From Eledone cirrhosa (Eukaryota): a stretch of DNA of 64,000 bases. Made by a program: the position numbers and the translations under genes. Numbering within the stretch: the first letter of the stretch is position 1; every line of letters begins with the position of its first letter. The notes beneath the pieces were generated by a model that saw only the letters and a program-made list of their open reading frames with translations, was not told the origin of the DNA and made no database searches. The stretch covers positions 7,068,001 through 7,132,000 of the forward strand of contig OZ024760.1 of NCBI GenBank assembly GCA_964016885.1. The letters run 5' to 3'. Shown here one piece after another: positions 13,821-28,310 of the stretch.

Positions 13821-14599
13821 TCCTCATTTTCACCTAAAAATTTGGTCTAGATCTCTTCCTTCTGCCCCCTCCCCCCTCCCCCCAGGTTAACCAAATAGAT
13901 AGTGATCTTGCTGCATCTTTGGTGCACCAACATATCTTTACGGAATTCTTCTTACCTTAGAAATATTGCAACATCATGTATTAGGTGTGGGTTTTACGCA
14001 CACATACACACACACACACACATACTATGTATATATGTATATACACACACATATATATATATATGTATATCCAAACACATAGGTATATCCAAACACATAT
14101 ACACGCATATATAAATGAAAAAATAATCACCAAGGTTTAATACATTAGCATTTAACTGTCCATATCCAGCCAGAATTCTCTCGCCTCTTTCTGTTCAAAC
14201 TGGCTGTAGCCAGCCACCTATACTGATGTTAAGGTATTGTTCTCAAAATAAATATCAAAATCTCGTAGATTCAATATGTGAGATAAACCTTTACCGTGAA
14301 AATATGATAGTATATTTAGAGTAATGTAAATGCTAAAGGGTTAATACATAATTCAATTGACATACATGTTTCATTCAACTTCAAAGAAAGTCGCAGTTAA
14401 TTTCTTTGTAGAGAAATCGTGAAGCACTAGATAATATAAAAAAGATATTTACCAACCACATTCTTGTGTGTCCTGATATGGAGATATCTGAATGCCTTAT
14501 ATAGTTGTATCATGGGTGTAACATTAATAATATATTCCTTCATTGTACTGTGTCGTTTGCTTTGTTATTTTTGTTTGCCTTTTGCATGTATATATATAT

Positions 14600-15120
14600 C
14601 ATCATCATCACCGTTTTACGCCCATTCTGCCACGCTACCATGAGTTAGACGGTTTGGCCTGTTGTGGGCAGTGTCCGGTCAGCTGACCTTGTCTTGCTCA
14701 TACAGGAACTGATTTTTTTCTACAGCTGGATGCCCTCCCTAACACCAACCTCATTTACAGTGAGTGCTGGGCGCTTTTTTGCAGTGGGAGGGGGTGGGGG
14801 CATATTGTCTATGCTTCAGCTTCGGCTTGTACCCATGGGAAGTTGGCTCGTCTGTATTACTGTGTGATGCCAGAGGTCACGGTCCTGTGTCATCGCCTTT
14901 GAGAGGCGCAATTGGGTAAGGTCGGCTTTTATCACCGCATCCCAGGTCGTCTTGGGTCTCCCCACTCCACGGCTTCCATCGACTTCTAGTGCTCTGCACC
15001 TTTTTATGCAGCTGTCATCCTTCATACTCATCAGTCCATACCAACGCAACCTCCTCTCCTGCACACAGCATTTGTTTCCTCTTATGCTCAGTCTCTCTCT
15101 CAATTCATTTATGCTTTGCT
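14600..15120 (-). mobile_element. 5'-truncated RTE LINE 3' end
   Basis: ORF 14816-15103 is nearly identical to the ORF at 3370-3654. Confidence 0.85.
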
Positions 15121-15229
15121 GTTTGCTTATATTTTACTATTACACCTATCTTCCCTACTGGTCTCTATGTAATGTACCCTGCTTCCCCCGTTCTTCCATT
15201 CTTTCCATGCCTATATATATATATATATA

Positions 15230-17160
15230 TCATCATCATCATTTAACGTCCATCTTCCACGCTAGTATGGGTTTGGACGAGAATTTTCCCACTTGAGGCA
15301 AGATTAGTTGTCTTGCTTGTATAGGACTGTCTGGCGGGTTTTCTACGGCTGGATGCCCTTCCTAACACCAACCACGTTTACAGTGTGGACTGGGAGGTTT
15401 TTACCGTGTTACCTACATGGCCACATTACAGTGTGGACTGTGTTTTTTTGTTGTGACACCTACATGACCTCATTTGTTCAGGACTGGATGTTGTGGTACC
15501 AACATAACTTTACATCGAAAGGGGTGGTGTGGATGGGGTGGGGGTAGTGGGGATGGGGTGGGGGTAGTGGGACGGGGGTGTATTTTTGTTAAGAGGTGCC
15601 TACTGACTAGGTTTCGCTTTGTACTTAGGCAAGGTGGGTCTTCTGTATTACTGCGTAGCGCCAAAGATCTCGGTCTAGTGACATTGTCTTGGAAAGGTGT
15701 GTGTGAGGTCGGAATTTATCAAATCATCCCAGGTTTTTCTGGGTCTGCCTACTCTGTAACTACCATCAATTTTGATTGCCCTGCACTTTTTTATACAGCT
15801 GTCGTCTTTCATGCGCATCATGTGACCATACCAACGTAGTCTTCTCTCGAGTAAACAGAATCTGATCCCTCTTTCTCCTAATTTCTCATTTAGTTCATTT
15901 ATGCTTTGCCGTTCACGTATATTACTATTACACATCCAACGGAGCATGCAAGCTTCATTCCTCTCCAGTCTGCGTATATCCTCTGGACACAATGCCCATG
16001 TCTCACTGCCATGTAACATTGCTGTTCGTATACAAGCATCATACAGCCTGCCTTTCATTTTTAGAGAGAAACCTTTAGCGGCCAATAGTGGTATAAGCTC
16101 TCTGAACTTTTTCCATCCCGTTCTGACTCTAGCTACAGTACTTTCAGAGCACCCTCCACCACTGCTGATTTTGTCACCCAGGTAACGGAAGCTGTCCACT
16201 ATTTCTATAGAACCATCTGTGCAATTGAAAGAGCTAGTATTCAGTGGGCACTTGCTGCTACTTATTGCACCAGAGCATCGGCCACATATAAAATCTATAT
16301 TCTTAGTTAGCTTACCTGTGATCCCACTACATCTTTTATGAACCCATATTTTGCATTTGTGACATAAAATGGAGTTTCTGCCTACTCCTTTCCTACACAC
16401 TGAGCATGGCCATTTCCCAGATGGGACCAGTGCCCTATTTTCTTTCCTACATACTAGAACTTTAGTCTTAGACAGGTTAATTTTAAGGCCTTTTGATTCT
16501 AGGCCATGCTTCCATGTTTGGAATTTCTTCTCTAGTTCAGCCATTGATTCAGCTATGAGCGTTAGATCATCTGCGTATAGGAGTTCCCATGGGCAGCTGG
16601 TCTTGAACTCCTCTGTTATAGCCTGAAGGGCAATAATAAATAGGAGGGGGATAAGGACGGAGCCCTGATGAACACCAACTTTTACGTTAAACTCTTCACT
16701 ATATTCGTTGTTAATTCTAACCTTACTGACTGTTTCTTTATACATGGCTTGTATAGCTCTCACAAGCCATTCATCAACACCTAGTTTTCTGAGAGCCCAC
16801 CAGATAATGGGGCATGGGACTCTGTCAAAGGCTTTCTCCAAGTCAACAAAAGCTAAGTATAGGGGTTTACTTTTAGCTAGGTACTTCTCCTGTAGTTGTC
16901 GTACAATGAAAAGAGCGTCTGTGGTACTTTTACTTGACACAAACCCGAACTGCATTTCATCTAGATCAATTCGCTCTCTGATTAGTTGCGCTATTACTTT
17001 TTCTGTGACCTTCATGACCGTGTCAATTAATTTAATGCCTCTATAGTTTCCCCTATCTAGGGTATCTCCTTTACCCTTGTAGCAGTTAATGATGCTGCTG
17101 CTATGCCAGTCCTTCAGTACAATCCCATTCTGTATGACTTGGTTTACTATGTGAAAGCAC
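15230..17160 (-). mobile_element. 5'-truncated RTE-clade LINE with stop-free reverse transcriptase region
   Basis: ORF 15675-17162: NYRGIKL, QFGF, FVDLEKAFD, GVHQGSVL, LYADD, YLG, plus an inserted Cys/His cluster (CSVC..C..C..HKRC..C..C). Followed by the 3' UTR and (ATG)n tail. Confidence 0.92.
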
Positions 17161-17639
17161 ATAGCCTAGTGGTTAGAGCATTGAACTTGCAATTGTGAAA
17201 TTGTAAGTTCAATTCTTGAAGCGGGTGGTGCGTTATGTCCTTGAGCAAGACACTTTATTTCATGTTACTTCAGTCTACTCAGCTGTATTGGTCATTGCCT
17301 TTCCTTTGGACACCTTCATATAGTGTATATATAATGTGTATATATAGTGTATGTTATAGTTCATATATAATGTGTATATACAGTCTATATATTAGTTTTG
17401 ACATTAATGGTGCCAAGCTGTATCTGCCTTTGGTTTTCCCTTGGTGTAAGAGGTTTATCTGGGATTTCTTGGAGGAATTTGTCCAAAGACTTTTAATTTT
17501 ATGGGGTGTGTTTCTGTTTTAATGTGTTTTGGTGTAATGTTAGAGAGTGGGACGGGACCAATTGTGCTGTAATGTTATTATGAGATGTAAGTTGGATTTT
17601 TGTTGTGAGTGGATAGCACGGGCCCCAAGCATTAAGTGT

Positions 17640-18121
17640 ACTTTAAAGATGATGCCAACATCATTTGAACAATGCTGGTGGAATACATATGATGGTTGCC
17701 TGCTCAGTACAAAGCTTGACCATCTCAATGTACATGGAGCTCAGTTCTGGCATGAGAACCCATGTGGCTTTTTAGACCAGACATACCTGTGTCAGCAAGA
17801 TGCAACTCCCTGCCACACCTCTGGGAAAACTTAGAAGTGCTTGTCAGAGAATTTTTACGACTTCACGAGCCCCAATGTTTGTCTCTTTAACTCCCCCCAA
17901 TGTTTGTCCCCTTAACTCCCCCCATTGCAGTCCTATAGATTGTGTGGGGCACGGTTGAGAAAGACACCATCCGCACTGCCTGTAACACCAACACCCAGCT
18001 AATTGATAGGATAAAGGAGGCATTTGCAGCTCTCCCTAAGGACACCATTAAGGTCACATATGCCAGATTCTGGAGCCAGATCAAGGCCATAGTAGATGCT
18101 GAGGGTGGCTGCTTTGAGTGA
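17640..18121 (+). mobile_element. Degenerate Tc1/mariner-superfamily transposase C-terminal fragment
   Basis: Disrupted translation QQDATPCHTS...IVWGTVEK...IKAIVDAEGGCFE*, matching the QQDxAPxH and GGxFE motifs of Tc1/mariner DDD/E domains. Confidence 0.7.
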
Positions 18122-18379
18122 ATTTTCTCTTCAGATCAGGTGTGCAACATATTCCATTGGCGGGTCACTTTTGAACATTGGAACGACTATTAGGGCCGTT
18201 AATATTTATTAAGCACTATTCCAAAGATACACCACAACTTCTTTCCATAACATGGAACTGGGAAATTATAACACATATAACCCTATCAGTGAAGCCCTTT
18301 AGTATAGGTCAACTAACAGAAAATTGCATTACGGTTACAAAAAATTCTAAATAAGTCTACTAGGTAAAAATTAAAAGCA

Positions 18380-18451
18380 GTCATTGCGGGCCTCTCTGAC
18401 TGATCTGGTGGGCCAGATTGTGGCCAGCGGGCAACCTGTTGCACGCCCCTG
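18380..18451. mobile_element. hAT-type terminal inverted repeat (single end)
   Basis: gttgcacgcccctg is the reverse complement of CAGGGGCGTGCAAC and has GC-rich subterminal gggcc motifs. The partner end was not located. Confidence 0.45.
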
Positions 18452-18579
18452 CTTTAAATTGTTTTTATGCTACTTTCTATTTTTCCAATAAATTTATTTT
18501 TTGTTGAGAAACTCACTTTCCTCCCCCTTAAAAAACCCCTGTCAAATAATACACACTATATATTTGAGAAATTTATGAT

Positions 18580-19212
18580 ATATATTCCACATTCTATACA
18601 TTCATATGTTCCACATTCTATTTATATATTCCACATTCTATATATTTATATATTCCACATTCTATATATTTATATGTTCCACATTCTATATATTTATATA
18701 TTCCACATTCTATATATTTATATGTTCCACATTCTATATATTTATATATTCCACATTCTATATATTTATATGTTCCACATTCTATATGTTTATACATTCC
18801 ACATTCTATATATTTATGTTCCACATTCTATATATTTATATATTCCACATTCTATATATTTATATATTCCACATTCTATATATTTATATGTTCCACATTC
18901 TATATATTTGTTCCACATTCTATATATTTATATGTTCCACATTCTATATATTTATATATACCACATTCTATATATTTATATATTCCACATTCTATATATT
19001 TATATATTCCACATTCTATATATTTATATATTCCACATTCTATATATTTATATATTCCACATTCTATATATTTATATATTCCACATTCTATATATTTATA
19101 TATTCCACATTCTATATATTTATATATTCCACATTCTATATATTTATATGTTCCACATTCTATATATTTATATATTCCACATTCTATATATTTATATATT
19201 CCACATTCTATA
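18580..19212. repeat. 24-bp tandem minisatellite, about 26 copies
   Basis: Unit ttccacattctatatatttatata; 8-aa period. Confidence 0.95.
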
Positions 19213-19384
19213 CAATTTTCAGTGATTTGTTATTTTTGTAGTTAAGACATTGCATGACGAGATGAGATTTGGTGGCGATGAAAGTAAATGTGAAATACCT
19301 TATAAAGGACAATGCCCTGAGTCAGATAATCACAACCATCTCGACAGTATGTGGCTTTTATACTATATCTGTGTTAACTGTAGT

Positions 19385-19865
19385 ATATGCACCCAGTACA
19401 CTCTGTAAAGTGGTAGTGCTGTTGCCATAATAAAATGCACCCAGTACACTCTGTAAAGTAGTAGTGCTGTTGCCATAATAAAATGCACACAGTACACTCT
19501 GTAAAATGATAGTGCTGTTGCCATAATAAAATGCACCCAGTACACTCTGTAAAGTGGTAGTGCTGTTGCCATGATAAAATGCACCCAGTACACTCTGTAA
19601 AATGATAGTGCTGTTGCCATAATAAAATGCACCCAGTACACTCTGTAAAGTGGTAGTGCTGTTGCCATGATAAAATGCACCCAGTACACTCTGTAAAGTG
19701 GTAGTGCTGTTGCCGTGATAAAATGCACCCAGTACACTCTGTAAAGTGGTAGTGCTGTTGCCATGATAAAATGCATCCAGCATACTCTGTAATATGGTAT
19801 TAGTGCTGTTGCCATGATAAAATGCACCCAGTACACTCTGTAATGTGTTGTTGATAGTGCTGTTG
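19385..19865. repeat. 48-bp tandem minisatellite, about 10 copies, SINE/LINE-UTR derived
   Basis: Unit gcacccagtacactctgtaaagtggtagtgctgttgccatgataaaat. Confidence 0.9.
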
Positions 19866-20054
19866 TAGAAATCATACTGAACTATAACACATGAGCACGT
19901 CTTCTTCTAACCTGCCTAATCTCAGAATTAGACAACCCATGTGGAAAATAGATGTAAAACAATGATGATGATGATGATATTCTACTATTCATAAGTGATT
20001 AGGATCTTTAGTTCACAAGCATAAGGTTGTGAGTTCAATTCCTGATGGCACAAT

Positions 20055-20965
20055 GTGGCCTTGAACAAGACTCTTTACTTCACATTGTGTCCTTGAACAA
20101 GACTCTTTACTTCACATTGTGTCCTTGAACAAGACACTTAACTTTTCATTGTGATCTTGAACAAGACACTTTACTTTACATTGTGACCTTGAACAAGACA
20201 CTTTACTTTACATTGTGATCTTGAACAAGACACTTTACTTTACATTGTGATCTTGAACAAGACACTTTACTTCACATTGTGATCTTGAACAAGACTCTTT
20301 ACTTCACATTGTGACCTTGAACAAGACACTTAACTTTTCATTGTGACCTTGAACAAGACACTTTACTTTACATTGTGATCTTGAACAAGACACTTTACTT
20401 TACATTGTGATCTTGAACAAGACTCTTTACTTCACATTGTGACCTTGAACAAGACACTTAACTTTTCATTGTGACCTTGAACAAGACACTTTACTTTACA
20501 TTGTGATCTTGAACAAGACACTTTACTTTACATTGTGATCTTGAACAAGACACTTTACTTTACATTGTGATCTTGAACAAGACACTTTACTTTACATTGT
20601 GATCTTGAACAAGACACTTTACTTTACATTGTGATCTTGAACAAGACACTTTACTTTACATTGTGATCTTGAACAAGACTCTTTACTTCACATTGTGACC
20701 TTGAACAAGACACTTAACTTTTCATTGTGACCTTGAACAAGACACTTAACTTTTCATTGTGACCTTGAACAAGACACTTTACTTTACATTGTGATCTTGA
20801 ACAAGACACTTTACTTTACATTGTGATCTTGAACAAGACACTTTACTTTACATTGTGATCTTGAACAAGACACTTTACTTCACATTGTGATCTTGAACAA
20901 GACACTTTACTTTACATTGTGATCTTGAACAAGACACTTTACTTCACATTGTGGCCTTGAACAAT
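20055..20965. repeat. 32-bp tandem minisatellite, about 28 copies, amplified inside a SINE
   Basis: Unit cttgaacaagacactttactttacattgtgat matches the SINE body segment. The SINE B-box lies upstream (about 20030) and the SINE continues downstream (about 20980-21150). Confidence 0.9.
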
Positions 20966-21221
20966 ATACTTCATATTATGTCCTAGAGCAAGATATTTTA
21001 TTTCACGTTGCTCTTACTTACTCAGTTGATAAAAATCAGTATGTGTTATTGAAAGGGCCAACCTTGTCACACTCTGTCAGGCTGAGTCTGACTGAGAACT
21101 ACTCTAAGGGTACATGTGTCAGTGAAATACTCAGTCACTTTCAGGCTGTTGTGTTGGTCAAACTGGAACATGTTGTTAGAACTGACAGAGGCCCAACAGT
21201 TATCCTTAATCAAATTAGTTT

Positions 21222-21700
21222 AAAGTTAGTCTGTTCCAAGCTTGGAGATGGATCAAGCCAGTGTTTATCTTGGTTACATTAGTGTTAAGCAACTGGGAGT
21301 ACAGGACTTCCCCCTGGACAAGAGACCAGTCCATCACAGGGTTAAAGTTAGTCTGTTCCAAGCTTGGAGATGGATCAAGCCAGTGTTTATCTTGGTTACA
21401 TTAGTGTTAAGCAACTGGGAGTACAGGACTTCCCCCTGGACAAGAGACCAGTCCATCACAGGGTTAAAGTTAGTCTGTTCCAAGCTTGGAGATGGATCAA
21501 GCCAGTGTTTATCTTGGTTACATTAGTGTTAAGTAACTGGGAGTACAGGACTTCCCCCTGGACAAGAGACCAGTCCATCACAGGGTTAAAGTCTGTTCTA
21601 AGATTGGAGGTTCATCAAGAGAGGAACTTATCCTGGTTCCATTAGTGTTAAGCAACTGGGAGTATAAGCCCCCATCCTCCCTGGATAAGACACCAGTCCA
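21222..21700. repeat. 122-bp tandem repeat, about 3.5 copies
   Basis: Identical ORF starts at 21242 and 21364. Confidence 0.9.
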
Positions 21701-21977
21701 TATTAAGTTTAGCTCCCAGCTGTTGCTGTTAGTCATTTATTTCAGTTGAGTGAACTGCATCGTTTACAAACAAGACTGAAGACCAGTAATGTGTGAAAGG
21801 TTTACTTCAAATTTTTCCAATCAAACCTATCTATATATCAAAGCAGTGAATTGGCAGTGTTGTTAGAATTTGCAGTATTTTTATTTATTTATTTGCTTCT
21901 CTGCAGTTCAAACCTCCCGAGGTTAACTTTGCCTTTCATCCTCAATCTCAATCATCTCTCTCTCCCTCTCCTCTTAA

Positions 21978-22625
21978 CCCTTTAGCATTCACATTACTCT
22001 ATATATACTATTATATTTTCACAGTAAACACTTTACCTCACATAATATCTCACATAACATTTACATTACTCTATATATACTATTGTATTTTCACAGTAAA
22101 CACTTTACCTCACATAATATCTCACATAACATTTACATTACTCTATATATACTATTGTATTGTCACAGTAAAGGCTTTACCTCACATAATATCTCACATA
22201 ACATTTACATTACTCTATATATACTATTGTATTTTCACAGTAAACACTTTACCTCACATAATATCTCACATAACATTTACATTACTCTATATATACTATT
22301 GTATTTTCACAGTAAACACTTTACCTCACATAATATCTCACATAACATTTACATTACTCTATATATACTATTGTATTTTCACAGTAAACACTTTACCTCA
22401 CATAATATCTCACATAACATTTACATTACTCTATATATACTATTATATTTCACAGTAAACACTTTACCTCACATAATTATCTTATTTAATATCGAATCTG
22501 AGATTTTGATATTATTTATTTTGTGAACAGTACCTTAACATAAGTATGAGTGGCCGGTTACAGCCGGTTTCAATAGAAAGTGGGGAGAGACTCTGGCCTG
22601 ATATGGCTGTTTAAATGTTAAAGGG
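21978..22625. mobile_element. piggyBac-type MITE with an internal 72-bp tandem expansion (about 6.5 copies)
   Basis: TTAA|CCCTTTAGCATT ... AATGTTAAAGGG|TTAA; unexpanded copy at 35748-35963. Confidence 0.8.
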
Positions 22626-25072
22626 TTAAACCTCCCCCTCTCTCTCACTGTCTCAATATCTCCCTATTTATCTTTCTTTTTAATTTCTTTCATTTCTCTT
22701 TGTCTCTCTTAATCTCTTCTATCTTTCTGTCTCTCACAACACCTCTATCTCTCTCTCTCCCTTCCATGTATCTCTTACTATGTCACTTCTCTCAACCCCT
22801 TATTTCTTTATGAACCCCCCCCCCCCCTCCAACCCCTTGGCTGTGTTCAGACCTGGAGAAGGATGGACTTTGGCAGGTTTAATTAACCCTTTATCATTTA
22901 CATTACTCTATATATACTATTGTATTTTCATGGTAAAGGCTTTACCTTACATAATCATCTCACATAATATTGAATCTGAGATTTTGATATTATTTATTTT
23001 TAGAACATTACCTTAATATCAGTATGAGTGGCTGGTTACAGCTGGTTTGAACAGAGAGAGAGAGGTGAGAGATTTCTGGCCAGATACAGACGGTTTAAAG
23101 GGTTTAAAGCCCAAAACACACTGTATGTAATGACGGCAGCCCTACAACTCTATCAGACATTAAGGGCCCATAGATATATATATCTATAGCAACAGGCTTA
23201 GCAATTATTTGTCTTTCTGATTATCTCTGCAACCGATAATCTCAACATTATCTGATCTAACCCAACCCAAAATCATATAAAAGCAGTTGGGGTGTGGATG
23301 GTACATATGTACATGTATGTGTATGTGTGTCTGAGAGTGGATGGTGTGTGTGTGTGTGTGTCTGGATGGTGTGTATGTACGTGTATATGTCTGTGTGTTG
23401 TGTGGATGGTGTGTGTGTGTCTGGATGGTGTGTATGTACGTGCATGTGTATATGTCTGTGTGTTGTGTGGATGGTGTGTGTGTGTGGATGTCTGGATGGT
23501 GTGTATGTACATGCATGTGTATACGTCTGAGTGTTGTGTGTGTGTATGTCTGAGAGGTGTGTGTTGTGTGGATGGTGTGTGATGTGTTGTGCATATGTAT
23601 GTGTGGGGGTGTGTGGGTGGTGTGTTGTGTGTGTGTCTAGATGGTGTGTGTGTGTGATGTGTTGTGCATATGTACGTGTGGGGGTGATGTGTGGATGGTG
23701 TGTTGTGTGTGTGTGATGTGTGGATGGTGTGTGGTGTGTGTGGGGGTGATGTGTGTGTGAGCGGGGAGAGGTTGTGTGTGTGATGGTGTGTGTGTGTGTC
23801 TAGATTGTGTATGTATGTGTCAAGTGGAATGGGGCAACATGAAGTGGGGGGTGTTTCATTCACAATACAACTTCCTGCTGATAATATAAACCCCAGCATA
23901 TGGCTGGTACGAAGTATGAAAGGCAAAGTTGGTAATATTCAAACATTTAGTGTAAAGAGCAGTGCACTGGCACATGCACCTGAATCTCCCTCAAACCACA
24001 CCTCCCCTGTCTTCAAAACGGTAGGGAGGGGGTTTATGAGAGGAAGTAGTCCCAGGCACACCCTGGAAAAAAAAAAAAAAGAATAAAAATAAATAAAGGG
24101 CGTTTGGGAGCTAGCTGTGAGCTAATAAAGATTTTGGATGAAAGCTGAGAAGATTATCATGAGATAAGGCAGTGTAAGATCTGCAAACTAATGAGGGATC
24201 TCTCTCTCTTTCTCCCCCCTCTAACCCCCCTAACCCCCTCCTCTCCCCCCTCTAACCCCCTCCTCTCCCCCCTCTAACCCTCTCCTCTCTCTCTCCCTCT
24301 CTCCAAGGAATGTGAGAATGTTTATACTATCCAGGTAATATACACACAGTTTACAAGTGAAGAAGGAACCAGTTTTGGGTGCATGTGTACTGACATGAAT
24401 TGTGAATGTTACATTGTTACATAGAGAATGTCATATCATCATCATCATCATTATCATCATCATTTTATGTTCATTGTTCCACAATAGCATGGGTTGGACG
24501 GGTCCTTCTCAGTACAGTATCTCTCCACTTGTCGTGTTCTTTTCTCATTTATATATTAACTTCCAATTTAAGGCAAAAGGCTGGCAGATTTGAGGGGTGG
24601 GTCATGTACCTAGTACTTGACTGGTATATATGCTAGCATGGAAGATGGACGTTAAACGATGGTGATGATGATGTACAGAAATTATTTCCACAACAGTTAA
24701 ACCATTTTCGAGGACGCACATTTCAACTAGTGGGATTTTCAACTCGAAAGAATGGGTTATTTTTGAGTTGAAAATCCATAAGGTGAAACACACGTCCTTG
24801 AAAATGGTTTACTAACTGTTGTAGAACTAACTTCTACCGAACTCATCCCATGGACTGAGTGCTCTACTGCTATGGATATAACCTCTCGGTGTTCTTCCAC
24901 TATATATATATCATCATCATCATCATCGTTTAACGCCCATCTTCCATACTAGCATAGGTTGGACAGGTTTGTCCCACTTGAGGCAAGATTGGTCGGGTGA
25001 CTGTGTCTCACTCGTATAGAACTGTTTCTGGCAGGTTTTCTACGGCTGGATGCCCTTCCTAACGCCAACCAC

Positions 25073-25104
<32 letters not shown>

Positions 25105-25231
25105 CGTTGATGGCTGAGAGAGATGAGTACTCAATACCAAAGTAGAGTTTAAATATTCATTTTATTAAGGTGTAATAGTGAGTCTTGTTGCTCTGGAGAG
25201 TCATCTTGTTGTCTAATGACCCTGTGATAGA

Positions 25232-27090
25232 CCTGCTATTTCTAGCAGGTCTATCCACCATGTATATAAACCATGGCGGCTGCTATTTCTAGCAGGTCTA
25301 TCCACCATGTATATAAACCATGGCGGCTGCTATTTCTAGCAGGTCTATCCACCATGTATATAAACCATGGCGGCTGCTATTTCTAGCAGGTCTATCCACC
25401 ATGTATATAAACCATGGCGGCTGCTATTTCTAGCAGGTCTGTCCACCATGTATATAAACCGTGGCTGCTATTTCTAGCAGGTCTGTCCACCATGTATATA
25501 AACCATGACGGCTGCTATTTCTAGCAGGTCTATCCACCATGTATATAAACCATGGCGGCTGCTATTTCTAGCAGGTTTATCCACCATGTATATAAACCAT
25601 GGCGGCTGCTATTTCTAGCAGGTCTATCCACCATGTATATAAACCATGGCGGCTGCTATTTCTAGCAGGTCTATCCACCATGTATATAAACCATGGCGGC
25701 TGCTATTTCTAGCAGGTTTATCCACCATGTATATAAACCATGGCGGCTGCTATTTCTAGCAGGTCTATCCACCATGTATATAAACCATGGCGGCTGCTAT
25801 TTCTAGCAAGTCTATCCACCATGTATATAAACCGTGGCTGCTATTTCTAGCAGGTCTATCCACCATGTATATAAACCGTGGCTGCTATTTCTAGCAGGTC
25901 TGCCCACCATGTATATAAACCATGGCGGCTGCTATTTCTAGCAGGTCTATCCACCATGTATATAAACCGTGGCTGCTATTTCTAGCAGGTCTGCCCACCA
26001 TGTATATAAACCATGGCGGCTGCTATTTCTAGCAGGTCTGCCCACCATGTATATAAACCATGGCGGCTGCTATTTCTAGCAGGTCTATCCACCATGTATA
26101 TAAACCATGGCTGCTATTTCTAGCAGGTCTGCCCACCATGTATATAAACCATGGCTGCTATTTCTATCAGGTCTATCCACCATGTATATAAACCATGGCT
26201 GCTATTTCTAGCAGGTCTGCCCACCATGTATATAAACCATGGCAGCTGCTATTTCTAGCAGGTCTATCCACCATGTATATAAACCGTGGCGGCTACTATT
26301 TCTAGCAGGTCTGCCCACCATGTATACAGCCCGTGGCTGCTATTTCTATCAGGTCTATCCACCATGTATATAAACCGTGGCTGCTATTTCTAGCAGGTCT
26401 ATCCACCATGTATATAAACCATGGCTGCTATTTCTAGCAGGTCTGTCCACCATGTATATAAACCGTGGCTGCTATTTCTAGCAGGTCTATCCACCATGTA
26501 TACAACCCGTGGCTGCTATTTCTAGCTGGTCTGCCCACCATGTATACAACCCGTGGCTGCTATTTCTAGCAGGTCTGCCCATCATGTATACAACCCGTGG
26601 CTGCTATTTCTAGCAGGTCTGCCCATCATGTATACAACCCGTGGCTGCTATTTCTAGCAGGTCTGCCCACCATGTATACAACCCGTGGCTGCTATTTCTA
26701 GCAGGTCTGCCCATCATGTATACAACCCGTGGCTGCTATTTCTAGCAGGTCTGCCCATCATGTATACAACCCGTGGCTGCTATTTCTAGCAGGTCTGCCC
26801 ACCATGTATACAACCCGTGGCTGCTATTTCTATCAGGTCTATCCACCATGTATATAAACCATGGCTGCTATTTCTATCAGGTCTATCCACCATGTATATA
26901 AACCATGGCTGCTATTTCTAGCAAGTCTATCCACCATGTATATAAACCATGGCAGCTGCTATTTCTAGCAAGTCTATCCACCATGTATATAAACCGTGGC
27001 GGCTACTATTTCTAGCAGGTCTGCCCACCATGTATATAAACCATGGCTGCTATTTCTAGCAGGTCTGTCCACCATGTATACAACCCGTGG
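25232..27090. repeat. 47/44-bp tandem minisatellite, about 40 copies
   Basis: Unit gctatttctagcaggtctatccaccatgtatataaaccatggcggct and a 3-nt shorter variant. Confidence 0.95.
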
Positions 27091-28234
27091 TTATAATTAT
27101 ATAGTATGATATATTGCTAATGTCTGTATTTCAAGAAAGAGACTGGACAGGTGGCTTTAAATATTGTTTTAAAAAAACCCATCACCTGATACTAGCGCTA
27201 CTGTTACTACTACGTTACTAGACATTTCTGGACTGGTGTTAGTCTTACTCTCCTTTCACAGTTATTAACTATTCTCATTTAGTTATTTTTTTTATATTTC
27301 TTCTTCTTTTTTTCCTTTAACTTATTTTTTTTTTTGTCTTTTTTCTTTTTCCTCCCCGTTTTTTCCAGACTTGTTTTTTGGCTCAGGATCTGTTTGTTGT
27401 CATCGTTGCCATCATCATCATCACCAATGACATTATGCTATCATCATCATCACCATTGCTATCATCATCATCATCATCACCAATGACATTATGCTATCAT
27501 CATCATCATCATTGTCATCATTGCTATCATCATCATCATCATCACCAATGACATTATGCTATCATCATCATCACCAATGACATTATGCTATCATCATCAT
27601 CATCAATGTCATCATTGCTATCATCATCATCATCATCACCAATGACATTATGCTATCATCATCATCATCATCACCAATGACATTATGCTATCATCATCAT
27701 CACCAATGACATTATGCTATCATCATCATCATCAATGTCATCATTGCTATCATCATCATCATCATCACCAATGACATTATGCTATCATCATCATCATCTT
27801 CACCAATGTCATCATTGCCATCCATCATCATTGACTATCATCACCACAATCTTACATCATCCATCATCACCATCTTCATAACAATCCATCATCATCATCA
27901 TCATCCATCACCACCACCACCACCACCACCACCACCACCACCACCAGGTTACGACTACTCTTCATCTTGATGGTCCAAGTCAGTCAAGTTCTATTTCAGA
28001 GTTACTCCCCCCCCCCCCCCCCCCAGACAGACACTGTAGTTGACAATGTCTTGTTACCCCTTCCTAGCACAAACAGTACCTACACATCTATGTGAGAAAT
28101 ACTTGGTCTATTTCAGAGTTACTGACCCCCCCCCCCACACACACACACACTTTGGTTTGGTGGTCTGGGAGAACATGTTTGTGGTCCACAGAAAAATTTG
28201 GAGATTATTTGCAATTTGTATGTGTTATTTATAA

Positions 28235-28310
28235 CTAGCAGAATGGCCCGGCGTTGCTCGGGATTCTAACCATAGATTGGCATGTTTATCCCTCCTTTCT
28301 GAAACAGTAC
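28235..28310 (-). mobile_element. Helitron-like 3' end
   Basis: Hairpin cccg-agcaacgc-cggg followed by CTAG; reverse-complement match to 52921-52993. Confidence 0.6.

Noticed and set aside
20055-27090. Regular repeats resembling CRISPR arrays
   Set aside because: Head-to-tail units without unique spacers, no cas genes, eukaryotic context.
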